Positions 18,020 to 26,988 of a DNA stretch of 27,357 nucleotides are shown in pieces; the stretch's first letter is position 1, and each line of letters starts with the position of its first letter. The notes beneath the pieces were generated by a model. The model was not told where the DNA came from. It saw only the letters and a list, made by a program, of their open reading frames with translations, and searched no databases. This DNA is from Flavobacteriales bacterium (lineage in GTDB: Bacteria; Bacteroidota; Bacteroidia; Palsa-965), in the NCBI GenBank assembly GCA_040377305.1, contig JBEIPA010000044.1, positions 1 to 27,357 of the forward strand. The letters run 5' to 3'. Both the position numbers and the translations under genes were made by a program.

Positions 18020-20218
18020 ATGAAAAACGCCTACACTTTTCTCGGCTTTTACCTGCTTTCAACTTTCGCATTCGCTCAAGCTCCCGCCTATCAATGGGCC
18101 GGAACTTACGGCAATAGTTCTTCTCAGGAACCCTATTCTGTTGCTGCAGATGCTAACGACAACATGTATATCGGGGGTGCATTTTACCAAACCAATTTCG
18201 ACCTCGATCCCGGTGCGGGAAATACCTATGTAAATGCAAATTCATCTTCCGATGCGTTTCTCATGAAGGTAAATTCAGCCGGTGTTTTTCAGTGGGGCTT
18301 TGACATTGGCGTAATCTTCGGTGATATCATTTACGATGTAGATTGCACGCCTGCAGGAACAGTTGTTGCTGTTGGCAGTTACGCTGGCAATTTTGTGTAT
18401 GCCGATCCTGGTGTGAACGGTTATCCATTTCCTCCGGGAGGTGGAAATGGTTCTGAAGCATTTGCTGCATGTTACGATTCGAATGGTAATTATTTATGGC
18501 AGTACACGCTCAACGCAACCGGAGCACAATACATCTGGGATGTTGCAATTGACAACGCCGGATACGTATATCTCGCTGCTGAATTTACCAATACAGTTAT
18601 CGTCGATCCACTCACGTCAACTTCATTTACGTCTGTCAATGGTTCTGAAGATATGCTGATCATCAAACTCACACCAACAGGTGCATACGTGAATGCATGG
18701 CAAATCGGAGGAACGTACAATCAACAACCGTTGGCGATGGATGTTGACAATCTTGGTCACGTCATCCTCACAGGCAACATGACTTCCACTGTAGATTTCG
18801 ATCCAAGTGGCGCTACGTATAATCTCACCACGCCGACTACACAACTGGATATGTTTGTTGCTTCGTACGATACGACTGGTGCATTCAGCTGGGCATTTCA
18901 GATCGCAACGGGCACTCAAATTCAAGGCGATCGTGTTTCCTGTGATGCAAATGGAAACGTGTTCATCATTGGACCACTTGAAGACACTGCTGATTTCGAT
19001 CCCGGCGCAGGCAATTCTATTTTGAGTTCCGACGCCTGGGGTGATGGATTTCTCGTGAGCTATGATTCAAACGGTGTTTTCCGCTTCGCATTCCCGATTG
19101 GATCTGCGAATGAAGTCGATCGCATTCGTGATGTTTCTGTCGACGCGTCAAACAATGTGTACGTAGGCGGACACTTCATGAACCTGTGCGATTTCGATCC
19201 GGGTCCGGGATACGACACAATCCGCACACACAATTTCGGACAGACACAGGCCGCATTTGTTGCGAAGTACTCCAACACAGGAGTACATCAATGGGCTTTT
19301 CATTTTCAGCCCACCACATCACTTGGGTCGGCAGCGAATGTTTGCGCAATGGATGTAAACAGCAACGGAAATCTGTTCATCAGTGGATATGTTGGTAACG
19401 ATTGCGATTTCGATCCGGTTGGAAACTCACTTGTTTTAGGTAACAACCGACTGACTTACGTTGCGAAATACGGCGGAACTTGTGTTGCTCCATCAGCACC
19501 AACTTCCATCACAGGAACAAATGTGATTTGCGAAGGATCAATAAACACCTATTCAGTGAGCCCTGTTGCCGGAGCGTCAACTTATAATTGGACATTTCCT
19601 GCAGGATGGAGCGGAAGTTCAACTTCGAATTCGATTGCACCAACGGCTAGTGCAACCAGCGGAACAATTTCTGTTACAGCTTCTAATATCTGCGGAACAT
19701 CTGCAGCCACTACAATGAATGTTACCGTAAATCCACTTCCGATTGTATCGTATGTCCAGTCGCCTGATACATTCTGCATTCCAGGTCCGGTGCAAACCTT
19801 AACGCCCGGCTCACCTACCGGTGGAAGTTATGTTGGATCGTACATCGTGGGAAACACCATTGATCCTGCAACACTTCCGGTTGACGATTGGTACATCTAC
19901 TATGTTTACACCGATGCGAATGGATGCACCGCTTACGATTCAACATTCGTTCACGCTGACATTTGCAATGGAATTGCCGCGGAAGCATTGAGTCTCATTG
20001 AAATCTATCCGAATCCGTTTGACAACAAACTGAATTTCACGAATCCATCGGGTCAAGTAATTACAGTTGAAATCATTTCTTCCCTCGGAGAAGTGGTAGA
20101 ACGATTCTCTTTCAACGGCACGCAGCACGCTCACAACACAGAGAAGATTGCGACCGGGATTTACTTTGTGCGAATGACCTCACAATCAGGCACGCAAATC
20201 GAGACCTTAGTGAAATAG
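18020..20218 (+). CDS. T9SS cargo with SBBP-like beta-propeller repeats and a PKD/Ig-like domain
   Basis: Signal peptide. Repeated DFDPG and DxxGNVYxxG motifs. ITGxxxIC...YNWTFP Ig-like unit. C-terminal IYPNP...GIYFVR T9SS CTD. Confidence 0.92.
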   Translation: MKNAYTFLGFYLLSTFAFAQAPAYQWAGTYGNSSSQEPYSVAADANDNMYIGGAFYQTNFDLDPGAGNTYVNANSSSDAFLMKVNSAGVFQWGFDIGVIFGDIIYDVDCTPAGTVVAVGSYAGNFVYADPGVNGYPFPPGGGNGSEAFAACYDSNGNYLWQYTLNATGAQYIWDVAIDNAGYVYLAAEFTNTVIVDPLTSTSFTSVNGSEDMLIIKLTPTGAYVNAWQIGGTYNQQPLAMDVDNLGHVILTGNMTSTVDFDPSGATYNLTTPTTQLDMFVASYDTTGAFSWAFQIATGTQIQGDRVSCDANGNVFIIGPLEDTADFDPGAGNSILSSDAWGDGFLVSYDSNGVFRFAFPIGSANEVDRIRDVSVDASNNVYVGGHFMNLCDFDPGPGYDTIRTHNFGQTQAAFVAKYSNTGVHQWAFHFQPTTSLGSAANVCAMDVNSNGNLFISGYVGNDCDFDPVGNSLVLGNNRLTYVAKYGGTCVAPSAPTSITGTNVICEGSINTYSVSPVAGASTYNWTFPAGWSGSSTSNSIAPTASATSGTISVTASNICGTSAATTMNVTVNPLPIVSYVQSPDTFCIPGPVQTLTPGSPTGGSYVGSYIVGNTIDPATLPVDDWYIYYVYTDANGCTAYDSTFVHADICNGIAAEALSLIEIYPNPFDNKLNFTNPSGQVITVEIISSLGEVVERFSFNGTQHAHNTEKIATGIYFVRMTSQSGTQIETLVK

Positions 20219-20416
20219 TTGTTCTTAGTCGATCTGTTCTGACAAGAACCTGCCCAACGCAGTGGCGCAAGTACAAAGAGAGTCCATGCAGAGACATATT
20301 AGTTCTCCGTGACCGCCGGATGGTGTTCGAACGATGAACATTTTTTCGTCGTTTCACCGTGACTCCGTGGTAAGCGCCGCACGCATGAGCAGAAATCGTA
20401 ACTTCATACTACAGCT

Positions 20417-21145
20417 ATGAAAGATCTCTTCTCCACTCAATCCAACGAGTACGCAAAATTCCGTCCTACCTATCCACCTGCGTTAATTCAGGAGTTGATT
20501 TCAATTTGTCCTTCATTAAATCTTGTGTGGGATGCGGGAACCGGTAACGGACAATTCGCGAATTTACTTGCACCGTACTTCGCACGCGTTGTTGCAACAG
20601 ACATCAGTGAAAAGCAGTTGTCGTACGCAGTGCGTAAACCGAATATTGAATATTCCATCAGCGATTCCACTTCAGTAAACATAGCTGATCATCAGTGCGA
20701 CCTAATCACTGTTGCCCAAGCCGTTCATTGGTTCAATTTCGAAAAATTCTACGCCGAAGTTCGTCGCGTGATGAAAAAAGATGGCGTTCTCGCGCTCGTG
20801 AGTTATGGTTTGATGAATTCCGAACCAAAAGTGAACGACATCATTCTTGATTTCTACAACAACACGTTGCACGACTGCTGGGATTCGGAACGTCGCTTCA
20901 TCGATGAAGAATACAAAACGATTCCTTTTCCATTCAAAGAAATTCATCTGAAAAAATATTCGATGCCCTACATCTGGGACATCGATCAGCTCATCGGTTT
21001 TTTCTCAACGTGGAGTGGACTGCAGCACTATATTGCAAAGTACGGTGTTGATCCATTGCCGGAGTTGAGGCAGAGTTTTCTGGGAACGGGCTTGACCAGC
21101 TTTCCGGTTGACTTTCCGATTTATACTCGTATCGCAAGGCTCTAG
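20417..21145 (+). CDS. class I SAM-dependent methyltransferase
   Basis: YAKFRPTYP, WDAGTGNGQ (motif I), VVATDIS and DLITVAQAVHWF. Confidence 0.94.
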   Translation: MKDLFSTQSNEYAKFRPTYPPALIQELISICPSLNLVWDAGTGNGQFANLLAPYFARVVATDISEKQLSYAVRKPNIEYSISDSTSVNIADHQCDLITVAQAVHWFNFEKFYAEVRRVMKKDGVLALVSYGLMNSEPKVNDIILDFYNNTLHDCWDSERRFIDEEYKTIPFPFKEIHLKKYSMPYIWDIDQLIGFFSTWSGLQHYIAKYGVDPLPELRQSFLGTGLTSFPVDFPIYTRIARL

Positions 21146-21256
21146 GGTCTCGTTGAGCAGCTAATCACTTCACTCATCGTCTCCTACCAGCGGTTGACCG
21201 AAATCATATTTTGACAAGCTAATTCCTGTGTAACTTTAAGGTACAAAATCATTCTT

Positions 21257-21646
21257 ATGGCAGGCTTTTTCAATAGCGTTGTCAATTCAAAGTGCCCGCG
21301 CTGCAATCTCGACAATCTTTATGTTGACAACAATCCTTATCATTTGTCCAAGCTCGCGCAAATGAAAAAGTGTTGTGACAAATGCGGACAACTTTACGAA
21401 CCTGAAACCGGATTTTACTACGGTGCCATGTATGTGAGCTACGCGCTCGGCATCGCACTGATGTTCGTTCCGGCGTATCTTCTGTATATGGTGTTCGATA
21501 TCAGCTTCGGTTGGTTACTCACATTCGTTCTCTCTGTTTACGTCCTTACATTTCCACTCGTGTTCCGATGGTCAAGAAACATCTGGCTGAATATTTTTGT
21601 GAAGTTTGACGAAGAGGTGCATAACAAGCTTGCTTCAAAGTTTTGA
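21257..21646 (+). CDS. DUF983 domain membrane protein
   Basis: KCPRC...CDKCG zinc-binding pairs, EPETGFYYGAMYVSYA, two TM helices and RWSRNIW. Confidence 0.9.
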   Translation: MAGFFNSVVNSKCPRCNLDNLYVDNNPYHLSKLAQMKKCCDKCGQLYEPETGFYYGAMYVSYALGIALMFVPAYLLYMVFDISFGWLLTFVLSVYVLTFPLVFRWSRNIWLNIFVKFDEEVHNKLASKF

Positions 21647-21852
21647 AAATCCCGCGAAGCTCACGATAATATTCCCTCTCTCAGGCCGCTAGAGAGACAG
21701 CGAGAATTTTGACGTCGTGGTGGTAAAAAAAATCAGCGCATGTAACTTTGGGCAACTGGGAGCGTCTTATAGGATTAACCCTCGAAACCTGCGTTTTTTC
21801 GCTAATTTTTGGCACTCGGTTTGCCATGTTATAGTAAAATGCCATATTTGTT

Positions 21853-22278
21853 ATGATGACGCTCAAATCAATTCAATTCCGAAAACTTGCACTGGCTATT
21901 ATACCCATTGCATTTTTGGTTGTTTCTTGCCAGCCCGACGAAGCAGAACCTGCAGATGACCGGGATAAGTTCGTGGATGTTTGGCACGTAGTTGAAACCA
22001 GTTCGCAGATCGGGAACACACCGTACGATGTGCACATCAATTTATCTACAACAAACACCTCTCAGGTTTTGATGGAGAACTTCTACAACGTAGGATTTTC
22101 TTTCAAAGCTGTTGCCAGTGTTTCCGGCACTTCACTCACTCTCGCGAATCAGACTTACAACTCAAGCCAGTTGCAGGGTAACGGAAGCATGAACGGTAAT
22201 AACACGATCAACATGAGCTATACAGTGAACGACGGTAGCTCTATTGACACTTGCACAGCGGTTTTCACCCGCCAATAA
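21853..22278 (+). CDS. hypothetical lipoprotein
   Basis: Lipobox LVVSC followed by acidic residues and DDRDKFVDVW. Beta-rich body. Confidence 0.85.
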   Translation: MMTLKSIQFRKLALAIIPIAFLVVSCQPDEAEPADDRDKFVDVWHVVETSSQIGNTPYDVHINLSTTNTSQVLMENFYNVGFSFKAVASVSGTSLTLANQTYNSSQLQGNGSMNGNNTINMSYTVNDGSSIDTCTAVFTRQ

Positions 22279-22291
22279 TTCCTAGCTGAGT

Positions 22292-23494
22292 ATGATCAAA
22301 TTTTTTGCTGTGAGAAGTCTGCTTTTTGTAATTGCAGTCTTCCTCATCGGCGCGCCTTTGCGTGCACAAACATTTACCGTTGCTGAAACGAAGGCATTCG
22401 AAAAGTCGAAATCGCTTTTCCAGAAAGGGAAATACGATAAAGCAATTACAACACTGAACAAAGTTCTTTACGCACACGTTCACAATGAAGAACTGTGGCA
22501 GCATCGCGTGTTGTTTGAGAAGGGACGTTACGAAGCAGCATTTGAACAGGATATCAAGTATCTCATCAAGCAGGGTTCGAAATCAGGCGGAACTGTTGAC
22601 GTAAACAAACTGAAGTCCCCGACGTATCGCGATGAAATGTTATTCGCTTGTTACGGAGCAACGTTGTATGCACGCAATCAGGATTTGGGTTCATTGATGC
22701 TGCACAAGAATTATATTGCACCCACAGTCGATACGCTCATAAGCGATGAAGTAAAAGCCGTTCACGAAAAAGGTTTGGTTGCTCAGAATGATAAAGACAA
22801 TGCAGAAGCAATTCGTCAGTTCGAGAAAGCATTCCGCATGGATTCTACGTACTACACGGCTGCAATGAATATCGCTTACACGTACTACCAGGACGACAAA
22901 GTGGATAAGGCCATTTCATGGTTCCGCACGGCAAGACGTTTGCAACCGGAAATGCTTGAGCCGCATTTTTACCTTGTGGAAATTTACATGGACCGTAAAG
23001 ACTGGCAAGGTGCGTACGATGTTTGTCTCGATGCAATGATTCAATATCCGTTCACAGGATATTTCACGCGTATGGAACGCATCTGTGAAAATCTGAACAA
23101 GACTTTCAAGATTCACTGGATGGAGCGCGACTATTTCCCGGCTGTTGCTTCTATACAGAATCAGGAACAAGCAACCGAACAACCCTGGAGTTTCTACACG
23201 GGAGCGAAAGATAAAATCCGCAGTTACGTAAACGATGATGGCATCGTGAAGAAATCGAATACGATCACCGAGTCGAAGTACATGGAAGTTTACAGCTGGG
23301 AATATATGCTCAAGAAGTCAGACGACGACCGGGGTGAAATGGCATTCGCGCGTCGCCAGCAAGAACAAGGCAACTTAGATTGCTTCGCGATGTTCAGTAT
23401 GTATCACATTACGTTTGCGGCGCAGTACACGGATTTCAGAGATAATAATCGTGCGCGGCTTAAAGAATATATCGAGACGCAGTTGGTGCGCTAA
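22292..23494 (+). CDS. tetratricopeptide-repeat protein, secreted
   Basis: Signal peptide. TPR-like helices (KYDKAITTLNK; AIRQFEKAFRMD; DKAISWFRTARRLQP). Confidence 0.85.
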   Translation: MIKFFAVRSLLFVIAVFLIGAPLRAQTFTVAETKAFEKSKSLFQKGKYDKAITTLNKVLYAHVHNEELWQHRVLFEKGRYEAAFEQDIKYLIKQGSKSGGTVDVNKLKSPTYRDEMLFACYGATLYARNQDLGSLMLHKNYIAPTVDTLISDEVKAVHEKGLVAQNDKDNAEAIRQFEKAFRMDSTYYTAAMNIAYTYYQDDKVDKAISWFRTARRLQPEMLEPHFYLVEIYMDRKDWQGAYDVCLDAMIQYPFTGYFTRMERICENLNKTFKIHWMERDYFPAVASIQNQEQATEQPWSFYTGAKDKIRSYVNDDGIVKKSNTITESKYMEVYSWEYMLKKSDDDRGEMAFARRQQEQGNLDCFAMFSMYHITFAAQYTDFRDNNRARLKEYIETQLVR

Positions 23495-23510
23495 TCTGCT
23501 ACTTAATTTT

Positions 23511-23736
23511 TACCGGCAAGGCGTATTTTTGACCACAAAGCGCACGAAGGCACAAAGTTTTACTTCGTGCTATTTCTTTGTGTCTTGGTGTACTTAGTGG
23601 TAAAACCTAAGAGCGTAACGTTGTTCCCACTGATGAAATAGCTGATCCGTCAAGCCAATCTTATTGACCACAAAGCACACAAAGGCACAAAGTTTTGCTG
23701 TGTACGATTTCTTGGCGTTTTGGCGTCTTGGCGGTA
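23511..23736. repeat. two 8/9-mer-periodic palindromic elements between convergent genes
   Basis: Hairpin A: ACCACAAAGCGCACGAAGGCACAAAG (23532-23557) / CTTTGTGTCTTGGTGTACTTAGTGGT (23576-23601). A second left arm starts at 23667. Outer arms TACCGGCAAGGCG (23511-23523) / CGTCTTGGCGGTA (23724-23736) match at 11 of 13. Confidence 0.85.
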
Positions 23737-23742
23737 GACTTT

Positions 23743-26214
23743 CTAAGAGCGTAGCGTCGCACCCACCTGCTCTTCAAACGCCTTCTGCAACTTCTCCATC
23801 GTCTTATCAATCTGCTTATCGGTCAACGTAGCTTCGTTGTCTTGCAGAACAAAACTCAACGCGTATTGCTTCTTGTCGCCACCAAGCTTATCGCCTTCGT
23901 AAACGTCAAACAAATTCAGTTCGCGCAATAGCTTGCGCTCTGTATTCCATGCAATTTCTTCGAGCTGCTGATACGTAACGCCTTTCGCAATTACAAGTGC
24001 AAGATCTCTACGCACCGAAGGAAATTTTCCAACTTCCTCAAAACGTGTCGGCTTTACTTTTCCTAAGAGACGCATGATCGTACTCCACTCAAATTCTGCT
24101 GCAAGAACAATTCCTTGTGTGTCTGTTTGCTTGAGTGTGCTTTTCGAAATAACGCCCATGCGCACAACTTCACGCTTGCCTTGCATAGCAACAAGTCCTT
24201 CGCTGTAGAGCGGATTCGAAATGGACTGCCACTTCAAACCGTCCAGTTTTAGTTTGCGTAGAATCACTTCTACTTCGCGACGAATATCAGCGAAAGAAAC
24301 TTTCTCCGCTTTGCCCGCCCACGTTTCCGGCTGCTTGTTGCCGGTGATGAGCATCAGCAGGTGTTCGTTTTCTTCCCAATTCCATCCTTCGAAATTGGGT
24401 TCAGAAAGAGTGCTGTACACTTTGCCAAACTCGAATACGCGCAGGTCTGTCGATTTACGATTCTGATTATAAGTCAATGTCTCCAATCCACCGAACAACA
24501 AAGTCTGACGCATCACACCTAAATCAGAGCTCAGCGGATTCAAAACTTTCACTGCGCGTTGTGCTTCTTCGCCCTGAAGCTGCTCGGAGTACGAAGTCTT
24601 CGTAAGCGAATTATTCATGAGCTCACGAAAACCGCGCGACGATAAATTATTCGAAATCGTTTCGCGCACATTCTCCGGATCAGGATTCTTCATCTTCGAA
24701 GCGGAAATCTGCAGCTTCTCCGGGAAGCCAATATTGTTGTAGCCGTACACGCGGAGAATTTCTTCTACCACATCGGCCGGACGCGTAACATCCACTTTGA
24801 AATGCGGAATGGACAACAACAAGGCATCTGCCCCGTCTGAAAGAATCTGAATACCAAGTGCAGTGAGAATCTTGCGAATAATATTGTGTTCAATTCTCTT
24901 TCCGATAAGTTTATCGCACTGATCGAACGAGAAAGAAATTTCAAGCGGTTCTGTTTTTCCGGGATAAACATCGCTCACTTGCGAAGCTGCTTTACCGGAA
25001 GACGTATACTCCATGAGATACACCGCACGCAACAACGCAGTGACTGTAATCTCCGGATCTGATCCGCGTTCGAAACGGAAAGAAGAATCTGTTTTAAGCT
25101 GATGATGTTTCGAGGTTTTACGCACGTGTACAGAATCAAACGCAGCGCTCTCGAGGAATACACGCTTTGTACTTTCGTTCACACCGGAATCTAATCCTCC
25201 GAAAACGCCCGCTATACACATCGCTTTGTTCTCATCGCATATCATGAGATCAGTCGAAGTTAAGTCACGAGTCGCGCCATCCAGGGTAGTAAATTTCGTT
25301 CCCAAAGAAACCTTTTTCACTTTCACTTTTCCACCGCCGATTTTGTCTGCATCAAACGCATGCAAAGGCTGACCGGTTTCGTGCATCACGTAATTTGTAA
25401 TGTCAACGATATTATTGATCGGACGCAATCCGATTGACTTCAAACGATTCTGCAACCACTCCGGCGACGGTCCGACTTTAATTTCATCAATGAGAATTCC
25501 CGAATAACGCTTGCATGCAACGCTGTCTTCAATCTCAATCGCGATCGGACAAGCCGGCAACTCTTCTGACGTAGTTGCAAGCGTAGGATATCTCGCTTCA
25601 GCAGATTCTGCGTGAATATCTTTAATCAGTTTTTGCGCAAGCACAACTGCAGCCAAATCTCTCGCCACACCAAAATGCGATGCTGCATCAGAACGATTCG
25701 GAGTCAATCCGATTTCCAGAATTGCATCGGAACTTACGTTGTAATATGCTGCAGCAGGTGTTCCCACTTTCGCATCAGCAGGCAACACAATAATTCCCGC
25801 ATGCGATTTACCGAGACCAATTTCATCTTCCGCACAAATCATTCCTTCCGAATTCTCGCCGCGAATTTTCGACTTCTTGATTTCGAATGGTTCACCTTCC
25901 GTTGGATATAATTTCGCACCAACTGTTGCCACAACCACTTTTTGTCCGGCTTCCACATTCGGTGCACCACAAACAATACTCAGCAATTCCGCACCACCCA
26001 CATCAACTTTCGTGAGCGACAATTTATCTGCATTCGGGTGCTTCGAACATTCCTTCACTTCTCCGATCACAACACCACGCAATCCGCCAGGCAAACTTTC
26101 AAAAGGCTCCACGCTTTCTACTTCGAGTCCGCAATCCGTTAGGGCAGCAGAAATTTCCTCTGCCGTGAGGTCGGTTGGATAGTATTCTTTGAGCCAATTG
26201 AGGGATATTTTCAT
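23743..26214 (-). CDS. pheT: phenylalanine--tRNA ligase beta subunit
   Basis: MKISLNWLKEY start (ATG at 26214). Motifs HPNADKL, IVCGAPNV, SEGMIC, LTPNRSD, INNIVDITNY, GQPLHAFD, RFERG, FPSVRRDLA and LFDVYEG. Confidence 0.98.
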   Translation of the reverse strand: MKISLNWLKEYYPTDLTAEEISAALTDCGLEVESVEPFESLPGGLRGVVIGEVKECSKHPNADKLSLTKVDVGGAELLSIVCGAPNVEAGQKVVVATVGAKLYPTEGEPFEIKKSKIRGENSEGMICAEDEIGLGKSHAGIIVLPADAKVGTPAAAYYNVSSDAILEIGLTPNRSDAASHFGVARDLAAVVLAQKLIKDIHAESAEARYPTLATTSEELPACPIAIEIEDSVACKRYSGILIDEIKVGPSPEWLQNRLKSIGLRPINNIVDITNYVMHETGQPLHAFDADKIGGGKVKVKKVSLGTKFTTLDGATRDLTSTDLMICDENKAMCIAGVFGGLDSGVNESTKRVFLESAAFDSVHVRKTSKHHQLKTDSSFRFERGSDPEITVTALLRAVYLMEYTSSGKAASQVSDVYPGKTEPLEISFSFDQCDKLIGKRIEHNIIRKILTALGIQILSDGADALLLSIPHFKVDVTRPADVVEEILRVYGYNNIGFPEKLQISASKMKNPDPENVRETISNNLSSRGFRELMNNSLTKTSYSEQLQGEEAQRAVKVLNPLSSDLGVMRQTLLFGGLETLTYNQNRKSTDLRVFEFGKVYSTLSEPNFEGWNWEENEHLLMLITGNKQPETWAGKAEKVSFADIRREVEVILRKLKLDGLKWQSISNPLYSEGLVAMQGKREVVRMGVISKSTLKQTDTQGIVLAAEFEWSTIMRLLGKVKPTRFEEVGKFPSVRRDLALVIAKGVTYQQLEEIAWNTERKLLRELNLFDVYEGDKLGGDKKQYALSFVLQDNEATLTDKQIDKTMEKLQKAFEEQVGATLRS

Positions 26215-26220
26215 AGCCCA

Positions 26221-26228
26221 CGAAATTA
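26221..26228 (-). promoter_or_regulatory. -7-like element (TAATTTCG) for pheT
   Basis: One-mismatch TAnnTTTG variant 6 nt upstream of the pheT ATG. Confidence 0.55.
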
Positions 26229-26239
26229 CGCTGTTTTGG

Positions 26240-26455
26240 ACCACATAGGAACATAGAAACGTCACTAAAAAAGGGTTTCGACAAGTCGAAACATACATAG
26301 TTCACAGGAGTAATATTCCTTACGGAATATTGATTGCTTGGCATGAAGTGGTTACAAAGGGGGGATGATCCTCATCTTCCCTTACTCTTGTGAACTATGT
26401 ATCGCGCTTTTGCGCGCCTTTTTCTAACACCTAACACACTATGATCCTATGTGGT
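26240..26455. repeat. complete copy of a multi-branched structured element with 17-bp terminal inverted repeats
   Basis: P1 26240-26256/26439-26455 (16 of 17). P2 26268-26274/26417-26423. H1 26275-26292. P3 26293-26313/26382-26402 (21 bp, one G-T). H2 26314-26329. H3 26359-26381. H4 26403-26416. Confidence 0.9.
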
Positions 26456-26480
26456 TATAAATTTTTCGGGCGGGATACCA

Positions 26481-26531
26481 GACAAGTCGTTGCGTACATA
26501 GTTCCCAGAAGTGTATTACTGACGGAATATT
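26481..26531. repeat. degenerate left-internal copy (H1-P3-H2 part) of the structured element
   Basis: GACAAGTCG..TACATAGTTC.CAG.AGT..TATT.CT.ACGGAATATT aligns with 26280-26331. Confidence 0.75.
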
Positions 26532-26579
26532 ATTATTTTGTGTATTATTCATCATGTATTAATTTGATATTTAAAGACT

Positions 26580-26987
26580 ATGACGAAACAGGAACTAGAC
26601 AAACTCAGCTATGATGTTATCGGAGCAGCAATTGAGGTTCATCGTATCCTTGGACCCGGATTACTGGAAGCAATGTATCACAAGTGTATGATGAAGGAGT
26701 TGACTTTGCGAAAACTGAAATTCAAATCAGAACTCAAGGTCGACGTGGAATACAAGGGAGATAAAATCAAAACCGGACTTCGATGCGATCTTCTCGTGGA
26801 AGACATATTGGTGGTTGAACTCAAAGCAGTCAATGAACGGAATCCCCTTTTTGAAGCGCAACTATTGACATACATGAAGCTACTTGGCAAACCCAAAGGC
26901 ATCCTAATCCACTTTAATTGTCACAACATTTTCAAAGACGGTCAAAAAACTTTCGTCAACAAACTCTACGAAAACCTCGCCGCGTGA
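26580..26987 (+). CDS. GxxExxY protein (PD-(D/E)XK nuclease-like)
   Basis: IGAAIEVHRILGPGLLEAMY contains GxxExxY. CDLLVEDILVVELK supplies the D...ExK motif. AQLLTYMKL and GILIHF are also family motifs. Confidence 0.95.
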   Translation: MTKQELDKLSYDVIGAAIEVHRILGPGLLEAMYHKCMMKELTLRKLKFKSELKVDVEYKGDKIKTGLRCDLLVEDILVVELKAVNERNPLFEAQLLTYMKLLGKPKGILIHFNCHNIFKDGQKTFVNKLYENLAA

Positions 26988-26988
26988 A

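Noticed and set aside
23630-23660. Hammerhead ribozyme core (CTGATGA)
   Set aside because: No stem II followed by GAAA and no compatible flanking stems.
26215-26298. Upstream extensions of ORFs in the track (pheT to 26298; also starts at 13741, 13952, 14578 and 16660)
   Set aside because: They run through repeats, promoter motifs or neighbouring genes. The downstream ATGs give family-typical N-termini or signal peptides.
26240-26455. T-box or other pheT leader RNA
   Set aside because: No T-box consensus was found. A -7 motif lies between the element and the ATG, and the same element recurs downstream of the GxxExxY gene.
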